Assembly: GCA_965153355.1 (NCBI GenBank)
Contig: OZ231126.1
Span: 30,504,001-30,568,000 of the forward strand
Reading direction: 5' to 3'
Origin: Flaccisagitta enflata
Lineage: Eukaryota
Length of the DNA: 64,000 nucleotides
Part shown: positions 39,311 through 52,869 of the stretch, piece by piece
Layout of the letters: each line of letters starts with the position of its first letter
Position numbering within the stretch: position 1 is the stretch's first letter
Translations under genes and position numbers: made by a program
The notes under the pieces: generated by a model
Database searches by the model: none
The model's input: the letters and a program-made list of their open reading frames with translations, nothing else
What the model was told of the DNA's origin: nothing

Positions 39311-39505
39311 AAGATAAATACTCAAATATTTTGAAGTTAGAATTAAGATTATAATCTTTAGAGTAAAACAATGAAGATGTTCATTTAAGGCTTGCTATTG
39401 ATACAGTAATAGACATCAAATGACAATCAAAAGTCCAGAGAATAATGAGGAGAAGCCAATTGACTCACTCACTCACGAGGACTTCTGATAATCAATTAAG
39501 GCTCA

Positions 39506-42250
39506 TTACGGTAATATATCTTTGATAAAAATGTTGGTATCATTAATATCATATTTCAGTACAATACTGTTTCTACCTTTAAAAAAACGCAAACTAAGCC
39601 TTTTTAAATCTGCAAGTTTGTAACCCTGACTCAGCAGTCTCTCAGTTAAGTTTTTGCACTTAACCTTGAAATTCTGATAGCTAGAATTAATTCTTGCAAA
39701 TCTAATCATTTGACTATAGAATACTCCTAATGCTGACTTTTTAGGTATACAGCTATCCATAAAAGGGAAATTTACTATTTTGAAATTAAAATCATCCCTC
39801 TTATCATATATGGAAAAATCTAATAACCCATTTTCAGATTTAATCCTCAGGTCCAGATAAGAAACCTCCTTTGAATTAACAGATTCTGGCTTGATTTCTA
39901 ACTCTCTTGGATATATTTTATATATGTGCTCTCTGAACTCTGGGAAATTACCTACAAAAAGGTCATCTATGTATCTAGAGCACAAATTAAATTTTCTGGC
40001 CAGAACAATATTTTGCCTTGAAGTTTTCTCTACATAGTCTGCCTCATAGCTATATAATAAAAGGTTTGCTATGTCCTGACCTGAGTCCAACCCAATAGGA
40101 ATTCCTATTACCTGTTTATAAATATTCCTTCCAAATTTAACATAAATGTTATCTAATATGAATTCTAGAATTTCTTGCATATCTGTTACCCGGAAAGAGC
40201 AGCAATTTTTTCCTGCAGTTGTACTGAAATATGCCCTTTGCATGTTCACATTTATAAATTGTTTATTTTCCCTGCTATAGACCTTTTGGAAAATCTTAGC
40301 AAAAGTTCTAATAATTTCTGGATGCGGAAGCGCTGTATATAAAGTAGAAAAATCATATGTTTCCATATGTTGCATATCTTTACTTTTGATTTTATCCATG
40401 AATTCCAAGGAATTCTCTATTATCCAAAAATGATTCAAATCTGCTCTTTGAGACACTGTAAATGAATAATTTTTCATATGATTTAAAATGACCTTCAGAG
40501 CCCTTGAAAAATATTTAGATAATAGTTTGATACTGCAAGATTTTGATCCTGCTGTAAATCTACTGCCTATTGGGTTTTTATGCATTTTAGGAATCCAGTA
40601 AATAAGAGGGATATCTTTCATTTCATTTGGAACTTTTATGTTTTTTGACTTGGAAAAATTTATGATAATGTTATGAATGGTATCCACATCTTTATTTTCT
40701 GGTTTATAGGTTAAGTGTCCTGGTCTACTCAATTCATCTTTAATATTAGAAACATAATGTGACTTACATGTAAAGAGAATATTATTTTGTGCCTTATCAG
40801 TAACAGTTATGACATAAGATTCCCTTAATCTATCCAATTCTCTCTTTACATCTCCTTCAATTCTAAGATTCCAACTTCTCAATTAATGTTTACCAGACTC
40901 TATTTTCCTGTCTACAAGTTCAACTACTTTATTTTTCCATGAATCTAAGCAACTTCCATTGACATTATTATCTTCTGACATTTTTTTCTCTTTTGTTATC
41001 CATTTATCAATATAAGCATCCAGAAATGTTGTTATGATATTTCTATCCTCTTTCCAATTTATCCTTTGAGGTAACCTATACTTAGGTCCTTTCTTTATCA
41101 AATTTTTTTATGTTTCATTTTTTACTATGTCTAGGTTACCGGTTATGACATGACCATGATTTGGATCTTTAAATGGAGAATTATTGCAACTACAAAGTAA
41201 TCTATTATTCTCAAAATGGTCAATACCTTCTTCTGATAAAGTCTCTCTATAGTTAAAAAGTTTACCTGCAATACTTTTATTAAATCTATATCCAATGATT
41301 GGTGGTTCTTTATCATTGAAATAAATTGGTATTCTATTTACAACATCCTTGTTTCTAAGTATTGCACTGATGTTTATGAAATCCAGACCTTTATCTCTGA
41401 AATTCAGATGGTAAAAATCATTTCTTTTTGCTATTTCCACAGGTTTAAACAATCTCAGGTTAGCTATCATTTTAATCATATCTTTAAGTCGGACATCTAT
41501 TACAACAGGAGAATTTTCCACACTCTGAAGTAAAATTTGGAGGTCAACCCTTGGAACACTATACAAAAATGTTTTGAAAAAGTGTATATATCCCGGCTTA
41601 TTGGCTAACTCCCTGTGCTTATCTAGTACAAAATCTAGAGAAAAATCACTTTTAACTCTTAGTCTTTTAGGTTTCCTTTTCTTGTGTTTCCGTTTTCTCC
41701 TCCTCCTTCCGCCAAAATGTTGAAAAACCCCCTGTGAAGGATTAAAATCACCAATACCCTTTACTCTACAATTGAGACCAAAGGGATAGGCTGTTTGAAG
41801 AGTTGAAATCCAAAATTTCTCCCTTTCAAACCTGATTTTATCCTTTGCTCTTGCTTTCTCTACTTGTGATGAAAAGATATTTTCATCAGACTCACTCAAA
41901 ACAATTTTCTCAATTGGTATGATAATGCAGTTTGCAAGACCATGACAATTTTCTTGAAAATGTTTATGAACTAATTGTCCAGATTTGTTTGAATTAATCC
42001 TACTTCTGTGTCCATTGAATCTTATAAGTAAACGATATTTAGTTTCCCCGATGTACTGGAAACCACATAATTTACATTTCATTGGATAAATTATATTTTC
42101 TGATTTACAATTCAAAACATGTTCACCATTAATTGCAGGAAAATATTTTTTACCATTAGTGCTTGATTGAAAAAAATTAGTTTCTTCTAAATATGGGCAA
42201 GTAAGGCAAGTAGACACACCACATTTTTGTATTTTTTTGTACAAATCCAT
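39506..42250 (-). pseudogene. PLE GIY-YIG + reverse transcriptase ORF (915 codons) interrupted by two in-frame TAA stops
   Basis: ORFs 41108-42250, 40883-41101 and 39506-40882 share one frame. The stops are TAA at 41110-41108 (NET*KNLIKKGPKYR) and 40885-40883. There are no frameshifts. Confidence 0.88.
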
Positions 42251-42399
42251 TTTGTTGTTGTTTCAAAAAGAATAAATGAGCAATGTGACAATGTTTTAAG
42301 AAAAACAAGTGTGACACTTTGTCGAAAAAACATGCCCTTAAAGGTAAGAATCGAGAACCACCTTAAGGGGGTCGCCGGCATTCCAAACCAAGGCACTTG

Positions 42400-42647
42400 A
42401 ATATATGAAATGTGCAACAAAAAGTATCTTACAAAAAATTTTTGAAGAAAAACGTTTTTCAAAATCAACTGAAAATCTAAAAATAAACAAAACATTCAAA
42501 AGTCACTTATTCCTGTATAGTACATGCTTCTACTCATATACTCACCTATCCAATTTTAGGTACGACCTAATTTTAGTGGTTAATGAATATCAAAACCTTT
42601 GGATAAGTAATTTTTATGAAACAAGACTTTTGTCTTACAATTAAACA
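42400..42647. repeat. Right copy of ~250-bp direct repeat flanking the PLE
   Basis: Matches 38599-38862. Confidence 0.9.
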
Positions 42648-43561
42648 TGCTGCACAATCATATTTGCCCTTTTGAGTCAATTTTTCTAGTTTATTATAAA
42701 TTTTTTCTTAAAGGCAACAAATGGTTATTGTCAGCAAGCAAATGGTATGAACAGCAAACACATAGTCAAACTTATTGTCACTAGAACAATCGTAATCATC
42801 CTCTGAGACATAATTCAGAGCAAAAGTAGGGCAAACATGTGTAACAGAAAATATGATAAGTCTATCTTGAAAATAACAAATCTGTGATATGGGTCAAAAA
42901 CATACAACTTTAGATATACTAACTTACAAGAGTCGCACGTTCTTAGTTTTTGTAATTTTTGATTCCCTATGCAAATTTGTTATTTTCAGTGGTCTCAAGT
43001 CAGGTGACAAAATAGAAAAATTCTGAGTTTAATATCTTTCATTTTCAAAAGAATATCAGACTTGATCAAAAGCAGATAAAGACTCACAGATTTCACCGAT
43101 GGCGAGATCAAGGGACATATTTTTATTTTCTTATCAATTTTCAATGGATAATTGTAAATTGATATTTTTGAATCAATGTCTAACAAAAGCAAAAATATTC
43201 AAAATTGAAGAAAATCAAGAAAAAATGATTTTGGTAAAGTTGTAGGGGCAATTGAGCTTGCCAATGTGCAAAATATAACTTAACCTAAGGTGAAGAAAAG
43301 CCCTTAGCAAAAATTTTGGAAACAAATCAGCAATCATGAAAAATTTCTAACCTACGCATTAATTAGAATTTCCGCCCTAAATTATTCCATGTTGTATTCT
43401 ATTCTAAACTATATTCTATACTAAACTACATTTTATACTAAATAAGACAATTGTACACCAATAAATAATAAGCACGCACTTAAGCACATTTAAGCCTCAA
43501 AAGTAGGATTTTGCTAAGCACACTCAGCCTCAGCCAAAAAAGGTGCGTGGTTATAAAATGA

Positions 43562-43716
43562 AACAAGGCCGGATACACGGCAATCCAGTCGCGGACGGTT
43601 GGGCAGGAGCGGTAATTCAAGGACCGATCGCAAGTTTAGAAATATTTGTGACGGACGGACGGACGGACGGACCGACCGACACGGTAAGGTGTAGAGTCGC
43701 GTGTCCGCGACTAAAA
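43562..43716 (+). mobile_element. Short HINE-like element (AACAAGGCCGGATACACGGC family), representative of a dozen or more dispersed copies
   Basis: AACAAGGCCGGATACACGGC...GGGCAGG..(GACG)n..terminal hairpin AGTCGCG-TGTC-CGCGACT-AAAAA. Related copies lie at ~6051-6218, 14611-14823, 24825-24990, 45887-46095, 46186-46323, 48279-48500, 48858-49037, 51400-51592, 56385-56631 and elsewhere. Confidence 0.65.
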
Positions 43717-44299
43717 AGTGATTAACTGATTAAGCAAAGAATTTGTCATTTCAAAGTCTCGTTCAATCGACTCTCCAAGTTTGATCGACGTGTCCGTCGC
43801 GTCAGTCTGTTCGTCGTGTCAGTCTGTCCGTCGCACTTTTCAGGCGTATTCGGGCATCTTTTGCCATATCGTCACTGTCCAACTTCATGTTGGGCCTACA
43901 CACTCACTCGTTTCCAGCCTCGTTTTTCGCCGATTTACATTTGGTTGCAATGGAATGTTGTCCTACACATAATTGGGAAAAAAATCGGAAAACGTTTTTC
44001 GATTTTTTGAGTCTCGGGTTACGAATAAATGTTTCCTTTATTTGCTTGGGACGATTTGGGGAAGTTAAGGCAGGACTAGGCTCGCCCGAGGCTGGGGTTG
44101 AAATTGGTATATGGTGAAAGAGGGCACTTTTTTACATCTTCTGGAAAAAAGCAGAGCACTGTCGGACCAATACTTTAGGTGCTTTGAATTTTTTTATCTT
44201 TCTTTATTTTTTCACATTTTCCGCATTTTTCACAAAGATCGATATTTTTCATTGATCTCAATTTTAGGCCCTATTTAACAACAAAAATGAGTTCAGCAC

Positions 44300-44855
44300 A
44301 GGGCAGAAGGAGGGAGGGAGAGGAAGGGAGAGAGAAGGAGGGAGGGAGAGGGAGAGAGAAGGAGGGAGCAGGAAGGAGAGGGAGGGAGAGAGAGGGAGGG
44401 AGGGAGAGGGAGGGAGAAAGGGAGAGGGAGGGAGGGGGAGAGGGGGGGAGAGGGAGGGAGAGGGAAGGAGGGAGAGACAAGGAGGGAGGGGGAGGGATGG
44501 ACGGAGGTAGGGAGAGGGAGGGAGAGGGAGAAAGTGGCAGGGAGAGGGAACGAGGGAGAGGGGGGAGGGAGAAGGGGAGGGAAAGGGAGGGAGAGAGAGA
44601 GAGGGAGGGAGAGGGGGAAAGAGAGAGGGAGGGAGAGATGGAGAGAAGGAGGGAGTGAGAGAAGGGGAGAGAGGGAGAGAGAGGGAGAGAGAAGGAGGGA
44701 GAGGGAGGGAGAGAGGAAAGGAGAGATGGGGAAAAGGAGTGAGAGTGAGGGAGAGAGAAGGAGGGAGAAAGAAGGAGGGAGAGAGAGGGAGAGAAAGGGA
44801 GAGAGAGGGAGAGAGAAGGAGAGAGAGGAAGGAAAAGAAAGGGGAGGGAAAGAGA
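44300..44855. repeat. G/A-rich polypurine low-complexity tract
   Basis: ~550 bp almost entirely G/A, with many GGG runs. Confidence 0.9.
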
Positions 44856-44857
44856 AA

Positions 44858-45440
44858 ACTAGTCATCCAAGGATTGCACATGGTCAGCAGTACCTGATGC
44901 CCTGCTTGGAGTGATCAACTGAAATAGTCGCAAAAGCGTTAGATGGTCAGCAGTAACCGTGCCCTGCTTAAGTAGGTTGTGGTTGAAGTTGAGGGGGGAG
45001 CAGGGTCTTGAGGTTGGGATTTGGGCCTCAAGACTGGGATTTGGGCCTCGAAGCTGGGATATGGGCCTTGAGGCTGAGATATGGGCCTGGAGGCTGGGAG
45101 GAGGGGGGGTATGGAGAAGAAGGAGAAGAAGGAGAAGAAGGAGGAGGAGAAAATTCCCCATATGTGTGAAAGCATAGGTCATCGACCCCTTCGGGGCCGC
45201 TGACCAAAAGTGGAGTGAGAGCAGGGCAGCGGCCCCAAAGGACCGATGTCCTGTAGGACACAGGGGTGAATTTCCAGACGGCCTGAGAAGGCACATTAAA
45301 GGGCTGATTAGATCAATTGAAGCACAGTAATGAGGCATGTAAGGGCTGATTTGGGGGTCAAGGGGTTGGATAGCATCAAGGATGAGGGAAGATAAGAGAC
45401 CTGAGAGGGTTATTTTGAGGGCTGAATTGAGACACAAGTG
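44858..45440 (-). mobile_element. Nested HINE-like elements
   Basis: A CTAGTCATCCAAGG-type copy is interrupted at ~44924-45208 by a TAGTCGCAAAAGCG-type copy. Confidence 0.62.
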
Positions 45441-46363
45441 ATAGGTATAGAAAGTATTTCTTTCAGGATCTTAGTAACTCTATGCCGCCCTTGCTTATGC
45501 ATTGTATTGGTGTCGAAGGGTGAGAAAACAAAGGATTTAGACATTTTTTGGCAAAAAAAATCAATTTTTCGCTGTTTAGTATGGATGAAAATTAGGCGCT
45601 TAATTCCGAGCCGTTTCTGAGGCTTTATTTTTTACCTTTTTTTCATTACCAGCCCATTATTGATCAATTTCAGTGACCATTTCTTGTATTTACCAAAAAG
45701 CCATGAAAAAATGCCTTGATTTAAGCCCAACCGGAGGTTGTTAGCTCAATTTGATGATGAGATATATCAAAATGAAGGCAAATGTGTCGATAAGTTAAAA
45801 GGACAATTCCAGAGAACGTCTTGTTTCTTGAATAACTTCTAAACAAATTGTGCTACAGACCTGGGATTGGCCTAGTTATGAGTATAAACAAGGCCGGATA
45901 CACGGCTACCCCAGTCGCGTGCGGGGGGGTAGGGGTCATAATTGAGGTCACTCCATCATGTGGGCAGGGGCAGTGAGGCAAAAAACCGTAAAAACCCCAA
46001 AAAAGTTAAGTGTGATGGACAGACCGACGGAACGATGGACCGACGGACGGACCAACGGACGGACCTAAAAGCTGAAAAGCAGGGTGTAGAGTCGACAAAA
46101 TGTTCCGCCTCAAAAAATATTCCAACTTGCAAAATGTTCCGCACATTATGTATCATAATTTTTTTTTTTAACCTGTCCGTCATTTTTTTAGTTGCGGACA
46201 CGCAAGTCTATAAGAGGCTTTGTCCATCCCTCAGTCCGTCAGCACGAGTGGAAAAGTGGGAAAACACGGGTATCTGCCCCTGCCCACCTGTCCGCAACTG
46301 ATGGCCGTGTATCCGGCCTTGTTCATTCATTCACTTGTTTGTTCGTCTGTTCATTTTTACGCC

Positions 46364-46409
<46 letters not shown>

Positions 46410-47169
46410 CTCTTTCTTTCTTTCTTCTTTCTTTCTCTCTTTCGCTCTCTCTATGAAATTGAAATTTTGGAATGGCAGGCGGTTTTTGCATTACTGCCCC
46501 TGCCCAACTGTCCTGTCGTGTATCTGGCTGTTTCCCAATGGAACGGTCGATGTCCTTGGAAAGAGCATGAAACAAGAAAAAATTTTCTCCTTACTTATTT
46601 ACGTTTTTCCTGCAATGGTTTTAAGCTATGATAGTGTCACTGAAATAATTTAAGTCTGCACCGCGCAATGCAGAAAACACCACTAGATTGAGTGAAATGA
46701 TTTGGTTGCGAGAAAAGAAAACAAAAACACGGCTGAAGAACGGGGATGAAAAAAATGACATTAGCGACCAATTTGGTTTTACAAAATAGACTCGTGACAA
46801 TCTGTGACAAAAAGAAAAAAAAATCGGGAAAGTGATTCAAAAAGCACTCGCGGGGGGACGTCCAGTGCATGATGCAAGAAAACGGGTAGACATCAGGGGA
46901 AGGCGTGAGAAGAAAAAGAAGGAAAGATTGAATTGAATTCGATACTTCTCAACGTCAAAAATTCCTGAAAATCACACCATTTGAAAGAGCGCAAAAAAAT
47001 CTCCTAGACCGTTATTTTGTTTTGACTCATTTCACGGTTTTGACCGATTTTTCTGGCCTTTTCGTACACTCAAAAAACCTCATTTTTTCGACGTTTCCTC
47101 CCGGGACGAATTTCAAACGCGGTTCCAATTACTTATAAAACCTACAAGTGATCAGATTCTAGGTTTGAT

Positions 47170-47993
47170 AGGGCTGGTTTCAGGCCTGAAATGCTTGATT
47201 TTTAGCCTGACAAGGCTGATTGAGGGTATTAGACAGCTAATTTTTGAGCTGATTTTGGGCCTGATTTTGGTCTGAGGAGGCTGATTTTGGGCCTGAGAGG
47301 GCTGATTATGGGCCTAGGAGGGTTGAGTTTTGGGCCTGAGAGGGCTGATTTTAGGTTTGAAAGGGCCGCTTTGGGCTTGAGAGGCCTGATTTGGGGCCTG
47401 AGAGGGGCCTGGGGGGGGGACGTACGGATGTCTGGAAATTCACCCCTGTGTCCTACAGGACATCGGCCCTTTGGGGCCACTGCCCAAAAAGACACACGCA
47501 CAAATAGTCACAAAAGCGTTAGATGGTCAGCGGTACCCATGCCCTGCCTTAGTAGGTTGTGGTTGAAGTTGAGGGGGGAGCAGGGCAGTGGCCCCGAAGG
47601 GGTCGTTGACCTATGCTTTCACACAGGGGAATTTTCTCCTCCTTTTCCTCCTCCCCCTCCCCCTACCTCCAGGCCTATATCTCAGCCTAAAAGCCCATAT
47701 CCCAGCCTCAAGGCCCAAATCCCAGTCTTGAGGCCAAAATCCCTTGAGGCTGGAATTTGGGCCTCAAAGATAGGATTTTGGCTGTAAGATGAGATTTGGG
47801 CCTTAAGGTTGGGATTTGGACCTCAAGACTGGGATTTGGGCCTCAAGGCTGGGATATGCACCTCGAGGCTGAGATAAGGGCCTGGAGGTAGGGGGGGGGG
47901 GGGTACGGAGAAGGAGGAGGAGGAGGTGGAGGAGGAGGAGGAGGGAGAAAATTCCTCTGTGAAAGCATAGGTCACTCGACCCTTCGCCGCTGC

Positions 47994-47996
<3 letters not shown>
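47170..47996 (-). mobile_element. Two HINE-like elements
   Basis: Partial copy ending ggggccactgcccaaaaa (~47490), and a fold-back copy at 47504-47996. Confidence 0.62.
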
Positions 47997-48068
<72 letters not shown>

Positions 48069-48072
48069 CACA

Positions 48073-48217
<145 letters not shown>

Positions 48218-50238
48218 ACACACACACAAACACACACAAAGGTGTGTAGATATTATGAGGAGAGGGAAGGAACTAAATCAGGGCCGGATACACGGCTACC
48301 GAAGTCGCGTGTGGGTGGGCAGGGGCCGTGCGGGTGGGCAGGGGCCGTATTTGAGGTCACTAGATCATTTGGGCAGGAGCAGTGAGGTCAAAAAAGTAAA
48401 ACGAATAAAAAAAGTAAAATGGAGACCGACCAACCGACCGACCAACCGAAAGACGGACGGACAAAGCGGGGTGTAGAGTTGTATAGCACGCGACTAAAAA
48501 AACAAAAACAATCTTTCGATTTTTTTCCGGTCGGCGGAAGCCGCCTTTACTGGTACTAATCGACCGACAAACGACCGTCAATCGACTGACAATTTGGGAC
48601 GTCCTACGTCCATGTACTCGCTAAGTTATAGTTTATTTGAGTAACTCATTCAATCGGCCAGCGAAATAAACGTAAATGACCTTCGAGAGACTGTTCACAC
48701 TAAAGTTACATTCTATATACTGAACAAATCACGCTGATTGTGAGTAGTAGACAAAATAGTCATAACTAAATTTCGAATCTCGCGCTGACTTGAGAGTTGA
48801 GACACTGGTCGTCCTTGGTAAATTGTTTTATTGCCCTCATCCGCGGTGGAAAAAGTAACAAGGACGGATACACGGCCACCACTTGCGGACGGGTGGGCAG
48901 GGGCGGAAATGCGCGTTTTACCACTTTTCAACTCGAGCGTGACGGACCGACCAACCAACCAACCAACCGACCGACCGACCGACCGACCGACCGACCAATG
49001 GACAAAGCCTCTTATTGAGTTGCGTGTCCTCAACTAAAAATGAGGAGATCACCGCGAAGAAAGAAAGAATGAATGAATGAATGAAAGAATGAATGAATGA
49101 ATGAATGAATGAATGAATGAATGAATGAATGAATGAATGAAAAATTGATTGATTGAGTGATTAAATAACGGGAAAATGAATAAATGATTAATTGATTAAA
49201 TAACTGATTGAATGAATGACAGAATGAATGAATGAATAAATGAATGAATGAATGAATGAATGAATGAATGAATGAATGAATGAATGAATGAATGAATGAA
49301 TGAATGAAAGAAAGAAAGTGAGGAACAAAGAAAGGAAGAAAGAGTTTAAGAAGAAACGACAGAAGAAATAGCGAGGGTAGACTAAAGAAAATGATAGTAA
49401 ATGAACAAGCCCGACCGGGCAACGATGCCACATTCGGTGGTACAGGGGTATCTTCAGCCATAACCGCAAAATGATGACTTTCGAAAATGCGTTTTTTTCT
49501 GTTGTCATATCGAAATATGTATGTTTACGAATCCAAATCCAGATTTGCAACGGTTTTTTCAAAAAAAAAGATGTCCATTCTGACCCTGATTACCAGTGTA
49601 GTCAGTGACCATCCAGATTCTATAAAAGTTAATTGTCGACATAAATAATCAAAAATGCCTGTAAATCAGACATTTTGGTCATTTTCCCCCTTGGACCCGT
49701 AAGTACATGCATTTTCACCATCACAACCCAAATATCTCATTTTTTTGTCAAATAATGTAGCCGTAGTGGAGTATTGAATTATCATCCTAAATTTGCATAT
49801 AAAGCGCTGAAATGACAGCCCTATCTTTTTTGGCACAACAATGCACATTATGGGACCACTTCTGCAAGGTCGGTGATTGAGTTCAGTGCAAGAAAAAAAA
49901 AGTTTGATCACCGCCCGGTCCCGCCCAAAGACGGTTTTCAAGTGATTTTTGATTTTTTGATTATGTAAATAAGGCTTTAGTGAATTTTACAAAATGCGAA
50001 TTCAGGCAGGTTCAAGGTTTCTGCGTCGCTTGCTTAAGGGCAGATATGTTTGTAAATCAGTTGCACGATCACCCGACCAATTATCAACCAACTAACCAAC
50101 CAACCGAGCAAACGACTTTGCAACAAATATACGAGTTTTCGAGAGGGGAAAAGGCATATCATGGCTGAAGCTTTTCCGAATGGAAGTCTACAATAAAGGC
50201 GGCTAATCGCCGTAGGAAAAAAGTCGTAAATGCTGGGA

Positions 50239-50331
<93 letters not shown>

Positions 50332-51850
50332 CAGACAGACAGAGAAGAGAGACGAGAGAGGCGAAAGAGACAGACAGACAGACAGACAGTCATACAGAGA
50401 GACAGACAAACAGAAAGACAGACAGAGCATGAGTGATTTAAGCTAGCGTCCTTTTGACTAATTTCATGTTACGTAGGGCCAGAAGTTACGGTGAATGAAA
50501 TATATTGATCTTTCAGAAAAAAAAACGAAAAATGCAAAAAACAAAAAAAGATTAAAAAAATCATAGCTCCAAAACTATTGATCGCACAGAATTCTGCTTG
50601 GCGTCATCTGAAAGAGGAGAATTAGCTCTTTCTTAGCTATGAATTTCATGCGTAGTCCCATTCAGCTCCAGAAAAGCACCAACTTCCCCAAACGCCTCAT
50701 GACAAAAAAGGAAAAATAACTTATCTTCGAATCTTCGAATCTCGACTTTTTTCCAAATAATTCAGCCACTTATTATTTGCGGACACGCGACTCTATAAAC
50801 CACTTTTTGGTCCATCGGTCCGTCCGTCCATCCATATGTCTGTCCGTCACAAAGTCCTTTGTTGAGGTTATCCTGACTAGATCTGTTATGATCGGCTAAC
50901 CGTTTTCTCAATTTGATACATCATTCTGTGATAGGAATTTGCATTCTGTTGAGTAAGTCATACTGTGATATATTTTCATGTACTGTGATATCATTGTGTC
51001 TACTGTGATAGAATTGTTCATCAAACGACCTAATGGATTTTATCGTTGTTTGACCGTTAGCTCTACAATGATAATAGAGTTCATGAATTTTAACAGAAAA
51101 TATTGATTTCTCAAATTCTCCGCACTGTGGGTAGCAACCAAGCAATATAAAGCCAAACAAGGCCAAGTAGGCCAATAGGTGCGACATGTTGATCGTTGAA
51201 CAAATGCGTTACCAACCAACCAACCGACCGACCGACCGAACAACCAACCGACTAACGGACACAGGCAGTTATAGAGGTGCTTTGTCGCACCTAAAAAAGA
51301 TAATCTTAAATTGATAGTTTTTAAACATTGAATATAAACAAGGTCATCAATTCATGTGCATCAGAAATAAATAAGGTTATTAAACCAATGTGCATCAATT
51401 CTTAGTCGCATACACGCGACTCTACAATCTGCTCTGTCAGTCCATCGGTGTGTCCGTAGATAACACTTGGCTTTTTTGGCGTTTACCAGTGGTTTTTGGG
51501 TTACAGCTCCTTCCAAATTGCCTAGCTGTCCTATTTCTCCACTGCCCCTGCCCAACTGCACGCAATTTGGCCAGCCGTGTATCTGGCTTTGTTTAAGAAA
51601 TAAGTTAGGCAGATACTAAGTCTAAGAAATAGTTTCAGTTTTAATAGAATATCATTTCGAGTTTTAAAAACTTCATTTAATCTGAGGTCACTTGATCATT
51701 TAGTCGACAGGAGCAGTGAGGCCCAAAATCGTTAAAAAACAAAAAAAAGTAAAATGTGAAGGACGGATGGAGAGACCAAGAATGGACAAACATACAGACG
51801 GACTAACAAACTGAAAAGCATGGTGTAGAGTAGCATAGCACATAATTAGA

Positions 51851-52418
51851 AATTGGATTTAGGTTGTAAATAATCCTCAGCAGTAGTGATATGTATGAAT
51901 AAGTACAATTATAGTAAAATTGACATTGCCCCTAAACAAAATTTCCCTAGAAAATTTTTGCAAAAACACTAAGATGTGTCAATTATTTCATATATTTACA
52001 TGTAAATCTTAATGATCTATCAATTTTAAAATTTAGATTCAAGATTCATATTCCTAGTAAAATTTCTAATTATTTGATGGGTCACATTGTATATTTTTAT
52101 ATAAACTTTCATATTTTAAGCTACCGTTAGTAACGGTGGCATATGATATGAAAATTTTATTTTTACATGAAAATATATAGTGTGACCTATCGAATGATTG
52201 AAAAGTTTACCAGGAATATGAATCTTGAATTGGAATTTCAAAATTGATAGATCATTAAGATTTATATGTAAATATTAAAGAAAATTGATATATTTTGGTG
52301 ATTTTTGAAAAAAATTTCAAAATTTTTTTTTTATGATCAGTATTGATTCTTCACCATGAAATGTACTTATTTGTACAAGTCACTACTGCTGAGAAATTAT
52401 CTTAACCTATATCCAATT
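51851..52418. mobile_element. Long imperfect palindrome (fold-back element)
   Basis: AATTGGATTTAGGTT..CAGCAGTAGTGA at the left mirrors TCACTACTGCTG..AACCTATATCCAATT at the right. The centre is the hairpin GCTACCGTTAGTAACGGTGGC at ~52120-52140. Confidence 0.75.
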
Positions 52419-52869
52419 AAAGCCCATTGCGTACCTCTAGTAGCATGCTAAAACTTGTAATTTTCTATTTAAACTTGAAATTTTTCAAAAATATATGAAA
52501 AAAATTATTTTTTATAATGTTTTATAATATTTCCAATGATAAAACACTATTGAGAGGTTTTGGCTGAAGACGACACCGTTTCAGACCATAGTGGATGCGT
52601 CCGGGCTGTGACTCAGCGTGTATTGATCATGTGACATATGTACCATCTTGGCCATAAATATACGGACAGCTTTAAAGTGTCATAACTCGTTTGATTTTAA
52701 TCGCAGTGAGATGATTTTTTTTTCAAAATTGGCATCTTCAAAAAATCTATCAAATGAGACCAAGCTGGTTCCTGTATCTTTTTTCGTTTGGAAATGAGAG
52801 CTGAATGAAGAAAACATTTGCCTTTTGCGAATATACTGGGTATATCTCTTTTAGTTCATGGAATGTGGT

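Larger units (their letters stand above)
38863..42398 (-). mobile_element. Penelope-like retroelement with N-terminal GIY-YIG endonuclease (Naiad/Chlamys-type domain order)
   Basis: GIY-YIG motifs (CxxC..IIYPMKCKLCGFQYIGET..RFNGH..REKFWISTLQTAYPFGLN) lie upstream of PLE-type RT motifs (YWIPKMHK, TYDFSTLYT, GIPIG, RYIDDL, YDKRDDFNF) in one reading frame. There is a ~640-nt 3' UTR. The boundaries are taken from the flanking direct repeat. Confidence 0.88.
38051..43560. mobile_element. Probable AT-rich non-autonomous DNA element hosting the PLE
   Basis: Imperfect inverted ends (tttataagcac ... gtggttataaa), with clustered TAAGCAC motifs near both ends (38064-38130, 43469-43522). No clear TSD. 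Confidence 0.35.

Noticed and set aside
39421-42250. Selenoprotein-type PLE (in-frame stops plus a 3' hairpin as SECIS)
   Set aside because: Both stops are TAA, not TGA, and the hairpin lacks the 3' GA needed for the SECIS quartet.
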